A stretch of 64,000 bases of DNA from an archaeon (GTDB taxonomy: Archaea > AGJL01 > Methanococci > Methanococcales > Methanocaldococcaceae), in NCBI GenBank assembly GCA_024278985.1, contig JAJRSC010000014.1, positions 14,366-78,365 of the forward strand. Reading direction: 5' to 3'. This document shows, piece after piece, positions 42,146 through 51,683 of this stretch; position 1 is the stretch's first letter, and the number at the start of each line of letters is the position of its first letter. Both the position numbers and the translations under genes were made by a program. The notes beneath the pieces are model-generated. The model had not been told where the DNA came from. It ran no database searches and saw nothing but the letters and a program-made list of their open reading frames with translations.

Positions 42146-43825
42146 CTATAATCTAACCTCTACAATTCCTCTATCCCATTCAATATAATGCCCTTCTTCG
42201 CCAAGTTTTCCAAGGTTTAATATTGGTGCTATAGCAGGGGTTGGATTAATACCCATTCTTTTCTGGAAATCTGTTTGTGTCTGGAAAGTTCCACTATTAA
42301 CTAATGCAACTCCTCTATATATTCCATAACCATTAATATGTATATGTCCAGTATGTAAGATATCAATATCCTTTTCAATAACTAAATAATCATTATGTTC
42401 TGGAGCTATTGGACATCTTCCTCCGTATGTAGGACAGAGTAATCTTCTTTTAATAAGTTCCTTCATTATAGTAAAAGGATTTTCATATGTAGCTGTTCTA
42501 ACTTGACTTACTAAATCGTCAAAACTTCTACCATGGTAAATAAGATAATCTAAACCGTGAATATTTAAACAGCATGGATTTCCAACAAAATAAATATTAT
42601 CTCTATTGAATAGCTTTATAATATCATCTGGTAATCTTGGCTGAGGTTCTGCAGGTCTTACAATATCGTGGTTTCCTGGAGAGATAATTATTGATATATG
42701 CTCAGGAATTTGCTCTAAATAACAGGAAATTTCTTCATATTGGTTAAATATATCAATCTCATATAAATCCTCTTCTTGCCCTGGATAAATACCAACACCA
42801 TCAACTAAGTCCCCTGCTATACAAATATATTTTAATTTGCTAACAATTTTTTCCTCTAAACTATTGTTAACTTGTCCATTTAAAAATCTTATTAATTTTT
42901 CAAACTCTTTACTTAGAAATTCTTTACTACCAACATGAATATCAGATAAACATAAAAGATATACTTCTTCCTCAGCTTTTCTAATTTTAGATTTTGTTAA
43001 AGTTGGTCTTATAACTTCTTTAGCTATCATTACCTTATTTTGGGAAATTTTACCAATAACTCCAATGACTTCATCTAATAAAATATCATCAGGAAGCTCA
43101 TTTCCTACTTTTTCCTTTGGAAATATAACTGTTATCTCATCAGTTAAATCTTCCAATTTAACCCTCAAATTCCCTGATTTTGTCCAATCAACTTCTGAAA
43201 CTATTCCAACAATAAAAACATCATCCATTCCTCTATACTTATTTATATTTTCTATTGGAATTCCTTTTCTTCCTGCCTTTCTTTCAATGAATTTTTTTAA
43301 TTTTTTATATCTACTTCTAAAGTATTCTATAAAATCATCTATAGAGCCAGTACATGTTGATTTTCCAGAAACATCTGTCTCATCATAAATAAATATCCTA
43401 CTTTCAATATCTTTGGCAATCCAGTTAATTCTACTATTAAAACTTTCTTTAATTTTTTTAATTCTTTCTAATCTATTCTCTTTATCTTCTGTATCTGTTT
43501 TTTTATTTTCTATTTTTAAAGTTTCTTTTAATTTTTCTTCTATCTTAGTATCATTTATTATTACCTTCTTCTCTTCTTTTTTAATCTCTTCCTTCTCTCC
43601 AGTATAATAATGAATAAAATCAAAGTCTTTATATTTTTTGATTATTGTTTCAATATCTTCATTTAAAAAAATATCTAAAAATTTTGAGTCTAATAGAATA
43701 AACTTATCATTATATAATTTAAATTCTTTAATCTTCCTTACTAAGTTATCAACATTTATATCTTTAAGTTTATTAAATACATTTGGAGATATTAAAACTT
43801 CAATCTCTAAAAATTTCTCTATCAT
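42146..43825 (-). CDS. polB: DNA polymerase D small (exonuclease) subunit DP1
   Basis: OB fold followed by SDIHVGS, GDLVDG, PGNHD, YHGRS, TGHIH. Confidence 0.93.
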   Translation of the reverse strand: MIEKFLEIEVLISPNVFNKLKDINVDNLVRKIKEFKLYNDKFILLDSKFLDIFLNEDIETIIKKYKDFDFIHYYTGEKEEIKKEEKKVIINDTKIEEKLKETLKIENKKTDTEDKENRLERIKKIKESFNSRINWIAKDIESRIFIYDETDVSGKSTCTGSIDDFIEYFRSRYKKLKKFIERKAGRKGIPIENINKYRGMDDVFIVGIVSEVDWTKSGNLRVKLEDLTDEITVIFPKEKVGNELPDDILLDEVIGVIGKISQNKVMIAKEVIRPTLTKSKIRKAEEEVYLLCLSDIHVGSKEFLSKEFEKLIRFLNGQVNNSLEEKIVSKLKYICIAGDLVDGVGIYPGQEEDLYEIDIFNQYEEISCYLEQIPEHISIIISPGNHDIVRPAEPQPRLPDDIIKLFNRDNIYFVGNPCCLNIHGLDYLIYHGRSFDDLVSQVRTATYENPFTIMKELIKRRLLCPTYGGRCPIAPEHNDYLVIEKDIDILHTGHIHINGYGIYRGVALVNSGTFQTQTDFQKRMGINPTPAIAPILNLGKLGEEGHYIEWDRGIVEVRL

Positions 43826-43890
43826 TATAAACCCCAAGAAAAACAAAGTAGTCCAAATAAATAATAAAATAATTCTATAAAAAAATTATC

Positions 43891-45399
43891 CTAAAATCTT
43901 GATATTCTCTTTAAGAGTACATTTTCAATTCTTACAGGATATAACAATCTTGCAACTTTTAAGGCATTTTTTAATCTCTCTTGAGAATTTGAGTAGATAG
44001 TATATAAGACATCTCCTTTTTCTACCTTATTTCCAACTTTTACATTTAAATATACTCCAGCCTTTTTATCATTTGGAGCACCTGCCTCTTTAGCTATTTT
44101 AGTTATTCCTCTATTGGAAATTTTTGTTACATAACCATCAAATGGAGCAGTAATATCAGCAAAATATTTTCCTACCTCAATCTCTTCAGAACTTATTTCT
44201 TTTCCACCCTGTGCAACTATAATCTCCATAAATTTTTTATGAGCCTTTCCTGTTTTTAATATATTCTCAGCCAATTCTTTACCTTCTCCAAATGGTGCAA
44301 CTCCTCCAATTTCTAATAATATTCCAGCCAAGCCTGTAGATTTTTCTATTAAACTGTCAGGAACTTTTTTTCCTTCTAAAGCCTCTAAGGCTTCTCTTGC
44401 TTCTAAAGCTGGTCCTATTGCCCTACCAATTGGCTGATTTCCATATGTTAAAGCACATTCCGTATATATTTTTAATCTTTCTCCTAAGCTAATAAAGTCT
44501 CTTGCTAAGGAAGAACCTTCCTTCAAATTTTTAACTTTGACCTCATTTCCTACTGGAATATCAATAACTAACTTTTTAATTCCCATAGCTAATTTTTTAG
44601 CCATTACACTAGATAATAAAAGTGGTTTAGGGTCTATATTAAGAGGTCTTTCAACTGTTATAGTTATATCATCTGCAGGAGCTAAGTTTATAGCACCTCC
44701 CCAAACTAAACATCCATTTGTTTCTTTAACAACTTTTTTTATTTCTTCAGGAGATAAATCAACTTTTGTTAAAACTTCTACAATATCAGCTGTCCCAGCT
44801 GCTGATGTTATAGCTCTTGATGAGGTTTTTGGAATTTTTAAACCTAATGATGCAACTATTGGGACAGTTATTAAAGCATATTTATTTCCAGGAACTCCTC
44901 CAATTGAATGAACATCTACAACTAAACTATCCCAATCAATTTTTTCTCCAGTTTCTGCCATTCTAATAGTTAGGGCCTCAATTTCATCCATATCCATACT
45001 ATTAATATAGATAGATGTAACAAAGGCAGTAATTTCAATATTTCCCAACTTTCCTTCAACCATTTCATCAACAATATCATAAATCTCTTCTTTTTTTAAT
45101 TTATTCCCATCCATTTTTTTCTTTATGTGAGTTATTGACTTTGGTCTTTCTGCATGAGTAATATAAACAATTTCCCCATCTTTAATTTTTAATTCTTTGG
45201 CCATCTCTATATTTATTCCTACTTCTCCTCTATTTACCAAACTCTTAGAGGAATATATTACCCCAACACTTTCCTTATCTCTGTATTTAACTATAACCCT
45301 ATCTCCAGGAAAATATTGAGAAGATTTTAAATCTTCTTTATTAATTAGAATAAAATTTTCTAAATCAATATCTAAAATTTTTACTTTTAAAATTAACAT
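43891..45399 (-). CDS. AMP phosphorylase
   Basis: DVHSIGGVPGNK, KTSSRAITSAAGTAD; N-terminal double-psi barrel. Confidence 0.92.
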   Translation of the reverse strand: MLILKVKILDIDLENFILINKEDLKSSQYFPGDRVIVKYRDKESVGVIYSSKSLVNRGEVGINIEMAKELKIKDGEIVYITHAERPKSITHIKKKMDGNKLKKEEIYDIVDEMVEGKLGNIEITAFVTSIYINSMDMDEIEALTIRMAETGEKIDWDSLVVDVHSIGGVPGNKYALITVPIVASLGLKIPKTSSRAITSAAGTADIVEVLTKVDLSPEEIKKVVKETNGCLVWGGAINLAPADDITITVERPLNIDPKPLLLSSVMAKKLAMGIKKLVIDIPVGNEVKVKNLKEGSSLARDFISLGERLKIYTECALTYGNQPIGRAIGPALEAREALEALEGKKVPDSLIEKSTGLAGILLEIGGVAPFGEGKELAENILKTGKAHKKFMEIIVAQGGKEISSEEIEVGKYFADITAPFDGYVTKISNRGITKIAKEAGAPNDKKAGVYLNVKVGNKVEKGDVLYTIYSNSQERLKNALKVARLLYPVRIENVLLKRISRF

Positions 45400-46272
45400 T
45401 TATTTCCCCCTTTTACTAATTAAAATATTTACAAGTTCAGCAACTGCTTTTTTTTCATCTTCTTTAGTTGGTAAAGTAATATTATATTTCTTTAAAAGTT
45501 CCTTATCTATATTGTTATTTATTGTACTGTTGACAGAAGAATCTCTAATTATTTCCTCAACTAATATATTTTTAATAATATTACTATTCTTAATTATTTC
45601 CTTTGAAAATTCTATTATAAATACTAAAAAAAACGCTCCAATAATGGTCATTACAGTTCTCTCTAATATAAATGAAGGAATAGCTCTAACATAATCAATA
45701 TAAGGAATCTTTAAAATAACTAAACCTAAAATAGAACCATATAGATGATCACACATTACACAGACAAAAGATAATTTTAATGCCCCAACACATACTTTTT
45801 TTATGTCATTATCAAATAAAAATTTTAAAAATTTATCTCTAATAGTTAAAATCATACCCAATGCTATTATTGAAAATATTGCATAGTAAAATATAGGATA
45901 TGCTAAAATAAAAAAAACTAACAATCCAAAACCATAAATTATAGCTGGAATTTTCCAGTTTCCTTTACACAAATAACCAGCGATAATAACCGATAAAAGT
46001 GTTGGAAGTGGTGATAATAATCCAAAATATAAAGCTTTTGGGAAAAAAACTAAATAATAAATAAATAATAATATAACTACTAAGCTTCCATATAGCTCTC
46101 CTAAAACTAATCCCAATAAAGGAGATAAACAAGGGTATATATTTATATATGAGTTAGTTCCAATTAATTTAAATCTTAAAAATTTAGAAAGTATAAGAGT
46201 TATAACAATACCCCATAAGAAAAATAATACTTTAAATTTTTTATTTTTCATTAAATATATGAATATATTCAT
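45400..46272 (-). CDS. Polytopic membrane protein, possibly ECF S-component-like, with a soluble C-terminal tail
   Basis: About 7 hydrophobic helices; PLLGLVLG.LYG; DHLYG; ER motif. Confidence 0.55.
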   Translation of the reverse strand: MNIFIYLMKNKKFKVLFFLWGIVITLILSKFLRFKLIGTNSYINIYPCLSPLLGLVLGELYGSLVVILLFIYYLVFFPKALYFGLLSPLPTLLSVIIAGYLCKGNWKIPAIIYGFGLLVFFILAYPIFYYAIFSIIALGMILTIRDKFLKFLFDNDIKKVCVGALKLSFVCVMCDHLYGSILGLVILKIPYIDYVRAIPSFILERTVMTIIGAFFLVFIIEFSKEIIKNSNIIKNILVEEIIRDSSVNSTINNNIDKELLKKYNITLPTKEDEKKAVAELVNILISKRGK

Positions 46273-46332
46273 TACAAATCCCTATACAAATCCAAATGCT
46301 ATATCTCTATTATTTTATGATGTAGTATTTAA

Positions 46333-46365
46333 ATTTATACTGACTAGTATAAATATAGTATAAAT
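46333..46365. repeat. Palindrome plus tandem direct repeat at a deletion junction
   Basis: ATTTATACT-GACT-AGTATAAAT (46333-46354); TAGTATAAAT at 46345 and 46356. Confidence 0.55.
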
Positions 46366-46402
46366 CAAGACCGTAATGTTAAATTTTTATTAGCATCTCA
46401 AT

Positions 46403-46468
46403 GATTACTCTGAAAGTGATAGAGAACAGTTAAAAACAAGATTAGAGGCGTTTATTGAGATGATTTAA
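46403..46468 (+). pseudogene. C-terminal remnant of a 2-hydroxyacyl-CoA dehydratase/double-cubane (HgdB/DCCP) family gene
   Basis: Reads DYSESDREQLKTRLEAFIEMI*, the family's typical C-terminus; no start or body upstream. Confidence 0.75.
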
Positions 46469-46563
46469 ATTGAATTACATTTTTATTTTTTAACTGAAGT
46501 TATTAAATTTTCTAATATGAATTTTTATATCTTTTAATTGCATTAATTTATTTTTGTGGGAGT

Positions 46564-47210
46564 ATGATAGGAATATGTATAAGAACTAAAAAGGAATATA
46601 TTTTAAATAATAAATTCTTAGATTGGGGCCTACACTTTAATCCAAAAATTATAAAAAAAATAATATAATTGGATATCATGCACCTATTTTAGATATTGAA
46701 AAAAAGGAAAGTATTTCTATTTTAAAAAACATAATTGAAAAGATTATTGGAAGTGATTATTTAACAATCCATTTACACAACAGTAGAAAAATAGATATTA
46801 ATGAAGAAAAAATTATAGAAAATCTAACAATCCTAAATGAGTTTGCACAAAAAAATAATTTAAAATTATGCATAGAAAATTTAAGACGAGGATATTCATC
46901 AAATCCATACAATATTATTAAAATTGCTGATGAAGTTAATTGTTTTATAACATTTGATATTGGACATATTCCATATAATAAAAGATTGGAATTTTTAGAA
47001 ATTTGCTCTGATAGAATTTATAACTCCCATGTGTATGAAATTGAAAAGGATGGAAAACATCTTCCTCCTAAAAATCTTAACAATTTAAAACCAATATTAG
47101 ATGCTCTATTAGATGTTAAATGTGAAATGTTTTTAATTGAATTAATGGATATTAATGATATTTTAAAAACTGAAAAGATGTTAAAATAATATTTAGAAAC
47201 ATATAGGTAG
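46564..47210 (+). pseudogene. TIM-barrel metalloenzyme (AP endonuclease 2-like, MJ0008-like) with a frameshift
   Basis: MIGICIRTK...; one missing A in A8 at 46653-46660 restores GYHAP..TIHLH..CIENL..FDIGH..NSHVYE..HLPP; TAA at 47187-47189 is followed in frame by YLETYR*. Confidence 0.8.
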
Positions 47211-47232
47211 GAACATATTAGGTGATAGATTT

Positions 47233-48063
47233 ATGATAATTGATGAAAATAGCTCTAATTTTATTGATTTCAAAAAATCATTTAAAGAACTAACTTTATC
47301 TGATGAAACATTTAAAATTATTGAAGAAAATGGGTTAAAGCTGGGTGAAATTGCAGTTGGAGAATTTTCAGGTAGGGATAGCGTAGCGGCAATAATTAAA
47401 GCTATGGAGGAAGGTGTCGATGTTGTTTTACCAGTTGTTGGATTTACAGGAACTGATTATGGAAATTTAGATATCTTTTATAAAAACTGGGAAACTACAA
47501 ATAAAAGGATTAAAGAAATTGATAATGATAAAATTTTATTACCTTTACATTTTATGTTTGAGCCTGAACTTTGGAGAGCATTAAATGGTAGGTGGATTGT
47601 TTTACTTATTAAGAAATTTAACTATTACACACCATGTATTGGATGTCATGCATATCTAAGAATATTAAGAATTCCTTTAGCAAAACACTTAGGGAATAAA
47701 ATAATTAGTGGGGAGAGGGTTTATCACAATGGAGATTTTAAAATTGACCAAATAGAGGAAGTTTTAAATGTTTATAGTAAAATTTGTAAAGATTTTGGTG
47801 TTGAGCTAACTTTACCTATAAAATACATAAGAGAAGGCAGGAAGATTAAGGAGATTATTGGAGAAGAATGGGAACAAGGAAAAAAACAATTTTCATGTGT
47901 ATTTAGTGGAAATTATAGAGATAAAGATGGAAAGGTAATTTTTGATAAAGAGAGTATTTTAAAACTATTAAATGAATTTGTATATCCAGCATCAATTGAG
48001 ATTTTAAAAGAAGGATACAGAGGAAATTTTAATTATCAAAATATTGTGAAAAAATTTATTTAG
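47233..48063 (+). CDS. Uncharacterised PP-loop-like protein with three candidate Fe-S cysteines
   Basis: GEFSGRDS (SGGxDS variant), PCIGCH, IISGE, LPI, FSCVFS. Confidence 0.75.
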   Translation: MIIDENSSNFIDFKKSFKELTLSDETFKIIEENGLKLGEIAVGEFSGRDSVAAIIKAMEEGVDVVLPVVGFTGTDYGNLDIFYKNWETTNKRIKEIDNDKILLPLHFMFEPELWRALNGRWIVLLIKKFNYYTPCIGCHAYLRILRIPLAKHLGNKIISGERVYHNGDFKIDQIEEVLNVYSKICKDFGVELTLPIKYIREGRKIKEIIGEEWEQGKKQFSCVFSGNYRDKDGKVIFDKESILKLLNEFVYPASIEILKEGYRGNFNYQNIVKKFI

Positions 48064-48070
48064 TGAGAAA

Positions 48071-49351
48071 ATGAGAACTATTTTAATATTGTTAGATGGT
48101 TTAGGTGATAGGGCTTCTGAAATTTTAGGTAATAAAACCCCACTACAATATGCAAAAACTCCAAATATGGATAAATTGGCTAAAAATGGGATGTGTGGCT
48201 TAATGACAACATACAAAGAGGGAATTCCCTTAGGTACTGAGGTAGCTCATTTTTTACTTTGGGGCTACTCCTTAGATGAATTTCCAGGGAGAGGAGTTAT
48301 TGAGGCTTTAGGGGAAGATATTGAGATTGAAGAAAATTCCATATACTTAAGAGCATCACTTGGATTTGTTAAAAAGGATGAAAGGGGATTTTTAGTTAAA
48401 GATAGGAGAACAAAAGATATTGATAAAGAGGAGATTGAAAAATTAATAAATGACTTTCCCACTTTTGTAGATGGGTATGAGTTTGAGCTTTTTTATTCTT
48501 TTGATGTTCATTTTATATTAAAAATTAAAGAAAAAAATGGATGGATTTCAGATAAAATTTCTGATTCTGACCCATTTTATAAAAATAGATATGTTATGAA
48601 AGTTCAACCAATAAAAGAGTTATGTAAAAATGAAATTGAATATAATAAAGCAAAAGACACTGCTAAGGCATTAAATAAATATCTTTTAAATGTTTATAAA
48701 ATATTAGAAAATCATAAAATAAATAAAATAAGGAGAAAAGTAGGAAAAATGCCTGCTAATTTTTTATTAACAAAATGGGCATCAAGATATAAAAATGTGG
48801 AGAGCTTTAAAGAAAGATGGGGAATGAGAGGAGTTGTTTTAGGTAGCAGTTCATTATTTAAAGGATTGGCAAAATTCTTAGGAATGGATTTTATAAAAAT
48901 TGATAGCTTTGAAGAAGGAATAAGTTTAATTCCTAAGCTAAATTATGATTTTATTCATTTGCATACAAAAGAAACAGATGAAGCTGCCCATACAAAAAAC
49001 CCATTAAATAAGGTTAAAGTTATTGAAAATATTGATAAACTTATAGGTAATTTAAAATTAAATGATGATGATTTACTTATAATAACTGCTGACCATTCAA
49101 CACCTTCTGTTGGAAATTTAATTCACTCAGGAGAAAGTGTTCCAATACTATTTTATGGAAAAAATGTTAGAGTTGATAATGTTGAGGAGTTCAATGAGAT
49201 AAGTTGCTCAAATGGACATTTAAGAATAAGAGGGGAAGAATTAATACCTCTAATTTTAAACTATACAGATAGAGCTTTACTATATGGTTTAAGAGCAGGA
49301 AATAAATTAAGATATTACATTCCAAAAGATGATGACATAGAACTTTTATAA
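48071..49351 (+). CDS. Cofactor-independent phosphoglycerate mutase-like enzyme (alkaline phosphatase superfamily, MJ0010-like)
   Basis: LDGLGD, GTEVAH (Thr nucleophile), DSDP, DEAAH, TADHSTP, HS. Confidence 0.82.
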   Translation: MRTILILLDGLGDRASEILGNKTPLQYAKTPNMDKLAKNGMCGLMTTYKEGIPLGTEVAHFLLWGYSLDEFPGRGVIEALGEDIEIEENSIYLRASLGFVKKDERGFLVKDRRTKDIDKEEIEKLINDFPTFVDGYEFELFYSFDVHFILKIKEKNGWISDKISDSDPFYKNRYVMKVQPIKELCKNEIEYNKAKDTAKALNKYLLNVYKILENHKINKIRRKVGKMPANFLLTKWASRYKNVESFKERWGMRGVVLGSSSLFKGLAKFLGMDFIKIDSFEEGISLIPKLNYDFIHLHTKETDEAAHTKNPLNKVKVIENIDKLIGNLKLNDDDLLIITADHSTPSVGNLIHSGESVPILFYGKNVRVDNVEEFNEISCSNGHLRIRGEELIPLILNYTDRALLYGLRAGNKLRYYIPKDDDIELL

Positions 49352-49353
49352 AT

Positions 49354-49929
49354 ATGAGGGATAAGTTGATAAACAAATTAAAGAAAATACTTAAATTAGA
49401 TAAACAAAAAAAAGAAAAAGAAAGATTAGAAGGGAAGGGATTAATAATTTTTGAAAACACAAAGGATGCAATGAAAGCAGAATATATTTTAAAAGATAAA
49501 TATAATATTAGAGTAGTAGCTCCACCAGTAGAGATTAGAGAAGGATGTGATTTAGCTATTGAATATGAGTTAATTGATGAATTTGGAATTAAAAGAGAAT
49601 TGGAAAATAACAATATAAAGCCATTAAAATTTGTCTCTCTAAATGATTACTCTTTAAAACCTCTTGAGTTAATAAAAGTTAAAGAGATAGATGGATTTAT
49701 TTTAGTTAGATGTGGAAATATGAAAATAACATTAGATAAAGATGGAAATATAGTTAATATCTCTGGTGGAGGCTGTCCAGATGTTCCTTATTTAGCATTA
49801 AAATTAAAAGGGAGAAATATTAAAGATATTAAAGAAGATGAATCTCCAAAAAGTTTAGGATTTACATTATGTGCCTATACCTTAAATAAGGCCTATGAAA
49901 AAGCTAAAAAATTGTTTATAGAAAAGTAA
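49354..49929 (+). CDS. DUF3343 protein with a C-terminal IscU/NifU-N-like domain
   Basis: F.NT.DAMKAE...APP.EIREGCDLAI (DUF3343), then RCGNMKI..DKDGNI..GGGCP..LKGR..LCAY. Confidence 0.7.
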   Translation: MRDKLINKLKKILKLDKQKKEKERLEGKGLIIFENTKDAMKAEYILKDKYNIRVVAPPVEIREGCDLAIEYELIDEFGIKRELENNNIKPLKFVSLNDYSLKPLELIKVKEIDGFILVRCGNMKITLDKDGNIVNISGGGCPDVPYLALKLKGRNIKDIKEDESPKSLGFTLCAYTLNKAYEKAKKLFIEK

Positions 49930-49999
49930 AACATTAATTATTTTTATATAGTTTGTTGTTAATAAGTAAGATAATTATTATGCATTTTGGTGAGATTAA

Positions 50000-50746
50000 A
50001 TGAATATTTTAGAGGTCAGAAACCTTAAAGTAATTAGAGGAAATAAAGAGATATTAAAAGGTATTAATTTAGATGTTAAGGAAAATGAAATTCATGCTAT
50101 TGTAGGACCAAATGGTTCAGGAAAATCAACTTTAGCCTATACTATTATGGGAGCTTCTGGATACTATCCGAGTTCTGGAGAGATTATTTATAAGGGAGAG
50201 ATTATAAATAATTGGAAAATCTATGAAAGAGCAAGAAAAGGTTTAACTTTAGCATGGCAAGAACCTGCAAGATTTGAAGGAATTAGAGTAAGAACATATT
50301 TAAAAATAGGAATGAAAGAGGAGTATAAAAAAGATTTAGATTTAGCATATAAAAAGATGATTGAGGCATTAAGATTAGTAAATTTAGAACCAAATAAATA
50401 TTTGAATAGATATGTAGATGAAACATTAAGTGGTGGAGAAAGGAAAAGAATAGAATTAGCATCAATTATTTGTATGGAGCCAGATTTAGCTATTTTAGAT
50501 GAGCCAGACAGTGGAATAGATATAGTATCTTTTGATGAAATTAAAAGAGTTTTTAATTATTTAAAAGAAAATGGTTCATCTCTTTTAATTATAACACACA
50601 GAGAAGAATTAGCTAATCATGCAGATAGAGCTTCCTTATTATGTTTTGGAGAAATTATAAAAACAGGAGACCCTAAAAAAGTTGGTAAATTTTACATTGA
50701 AAGATGTGGAAAATGCTATAAATCTGGTGAATTTTATGAGTGTTAA
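50000..50746 (+). CDS. sufC: Fe-S assembly ATPase SufC (SmsC)
   Basis: GPNGSGKST, LAWQEP, LSGGERKR, LDEPDSGID, C-terminal CGKC. Confidence 0.92.
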   Translation: MNILEVRNLKVIRGNKEILKGINLDVKENEIHAIVGPNGSGKSTLAYTIMGASGYYPSSGEIIYKGEIINNWKIYERARKGLTLAWQEPARFEGIRVRTYLKIGMKEEYKKDLDLAYKKMIEALRLVNLEPNKYLNRYVDETLSGGERKRIELASIICMEPDLAILDEPDSGIDIVSFDEIKRVFNYLKENGSSLLIITHREELANHADRASLLCFGEIIKTGDPKKVGKFYIERCGKCYKSGEFYEC

Positions 50747-51683
50747 GGAGGAAATTTTAGGGATTATAGAAGCATTAAAATACACTACAAACCAACCAGA
50801 TAAAATTATTCATGGTAAAGGACCAAGAATGATAATTAGAGAATGTAAAATTGTTGATGTTAAAGATTGTGAAGGAATTATATTAGAAGGTAGAACTGAA
50901 GGAAATAAAATATATGGTAAAATAATAGTTAAGGAAGGATATAAATTTAAAGACCCTATCCATATGTGTTTTGGAATAACTCAGGAGAATGTTGAGCAAG
51001 AGATATATATTGATATAATACTTGAGGATAACTCAGAGATAACTTTAATGTCTCATTGTTCATTTATTAAAGGGAAGGTCAAGCATATAATGTTTGGAAA
51101 TATAAAAGTTGGTAAAAATGCAAAATTTACATATAAAGAGGTTCATTACCATGGAAAAGATGGGGAGATATTAGTTAAACCAGATGTTAATATTGAGATA
51201 GAGGAAAATGGAATTTATATATCTGAATTTACATTAACTAAGGGTAGAATTGGAAAACTTGAAATTAACCAGAATATCATAGCAAAAGATAACAGTGTAA
51301 TTGATGTTATTGTTAAAACATATGCTACAGGGGATGATATTGTTTATATAAATGAAAATGTCAAGTTAGTTGGAAAAAGAGCCAAAGCAATGTTAAGAAG
51401 TAAAGGAGCAGCAAGAGATAAATCTAAAATAACCTTAAAACTAAGAATTGAAGGAATTGGTGATGAAACAAGAGGACATATAGATTGTACTGAGATTATA
51501 AAAGGAGAGGCATATGTTGAATCTATCCCTATTGTTGTTGTAAATAATGAAACTGCAAGAATAACTCATGAGGCAGCAATAGGTAGTGTTGATAAAAAGC
51601 AACTTGAAACATTAATGGCAAAAGGATTGGATGAAGAAGAAGCAACTGAATTAATTGTTAAAGGAATGTTAGGGGAAGATTAA
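50736..51683 (+). CDS. sufB: Fe-S assembly protein SufB/D (SmsB)
   Basis: PIHMCFG, GHIDCTEI, THEAAIGSV; ATG at 50736. Confidence 0.9.
   Translation: MSVKEEILGIIEALKYTTNQPDKIIHGKGPRMIIRECKIVDVKDCEGIILEGRTEGNKIYGKIIVKEGYKFKDPIHMCFGITQENVEQEIYIDIILEDNSEITLMSHCSFIKGKVKHIMFGNIKVGKNAKFTYKEVHYHGKDGEILVKPDVNIEIEENGIYISEFTLTKGRIGKLEINQNIIAKDNSVIDVIVKTYATGDDIVYINENVKLVGKRAKAMLRSKGAARDKSKITLKLRIEGIGDETRGHIDCTEIIKGEAYVESIPIVVVNNETARITHEAAIGSVDKKQLETLMAKGLDEEEATELIVKGMLGED

Noticed and set aside
42146-43846. Possible inteins in DP1 or other replication/repair genes
   Set aside because: Lengths are normal and no intein splice motifs or LAGLIDADG insert were seen
46358-46385. GTATAAATCAAGACCGT resembles the 5' half of Methanocaldococcus CRISPR repeats as recalled (..AAAATCAGACCGT..)
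   Set aside because: Single, partial copy with an indel; no second repeat, spacers or cas genes in the window
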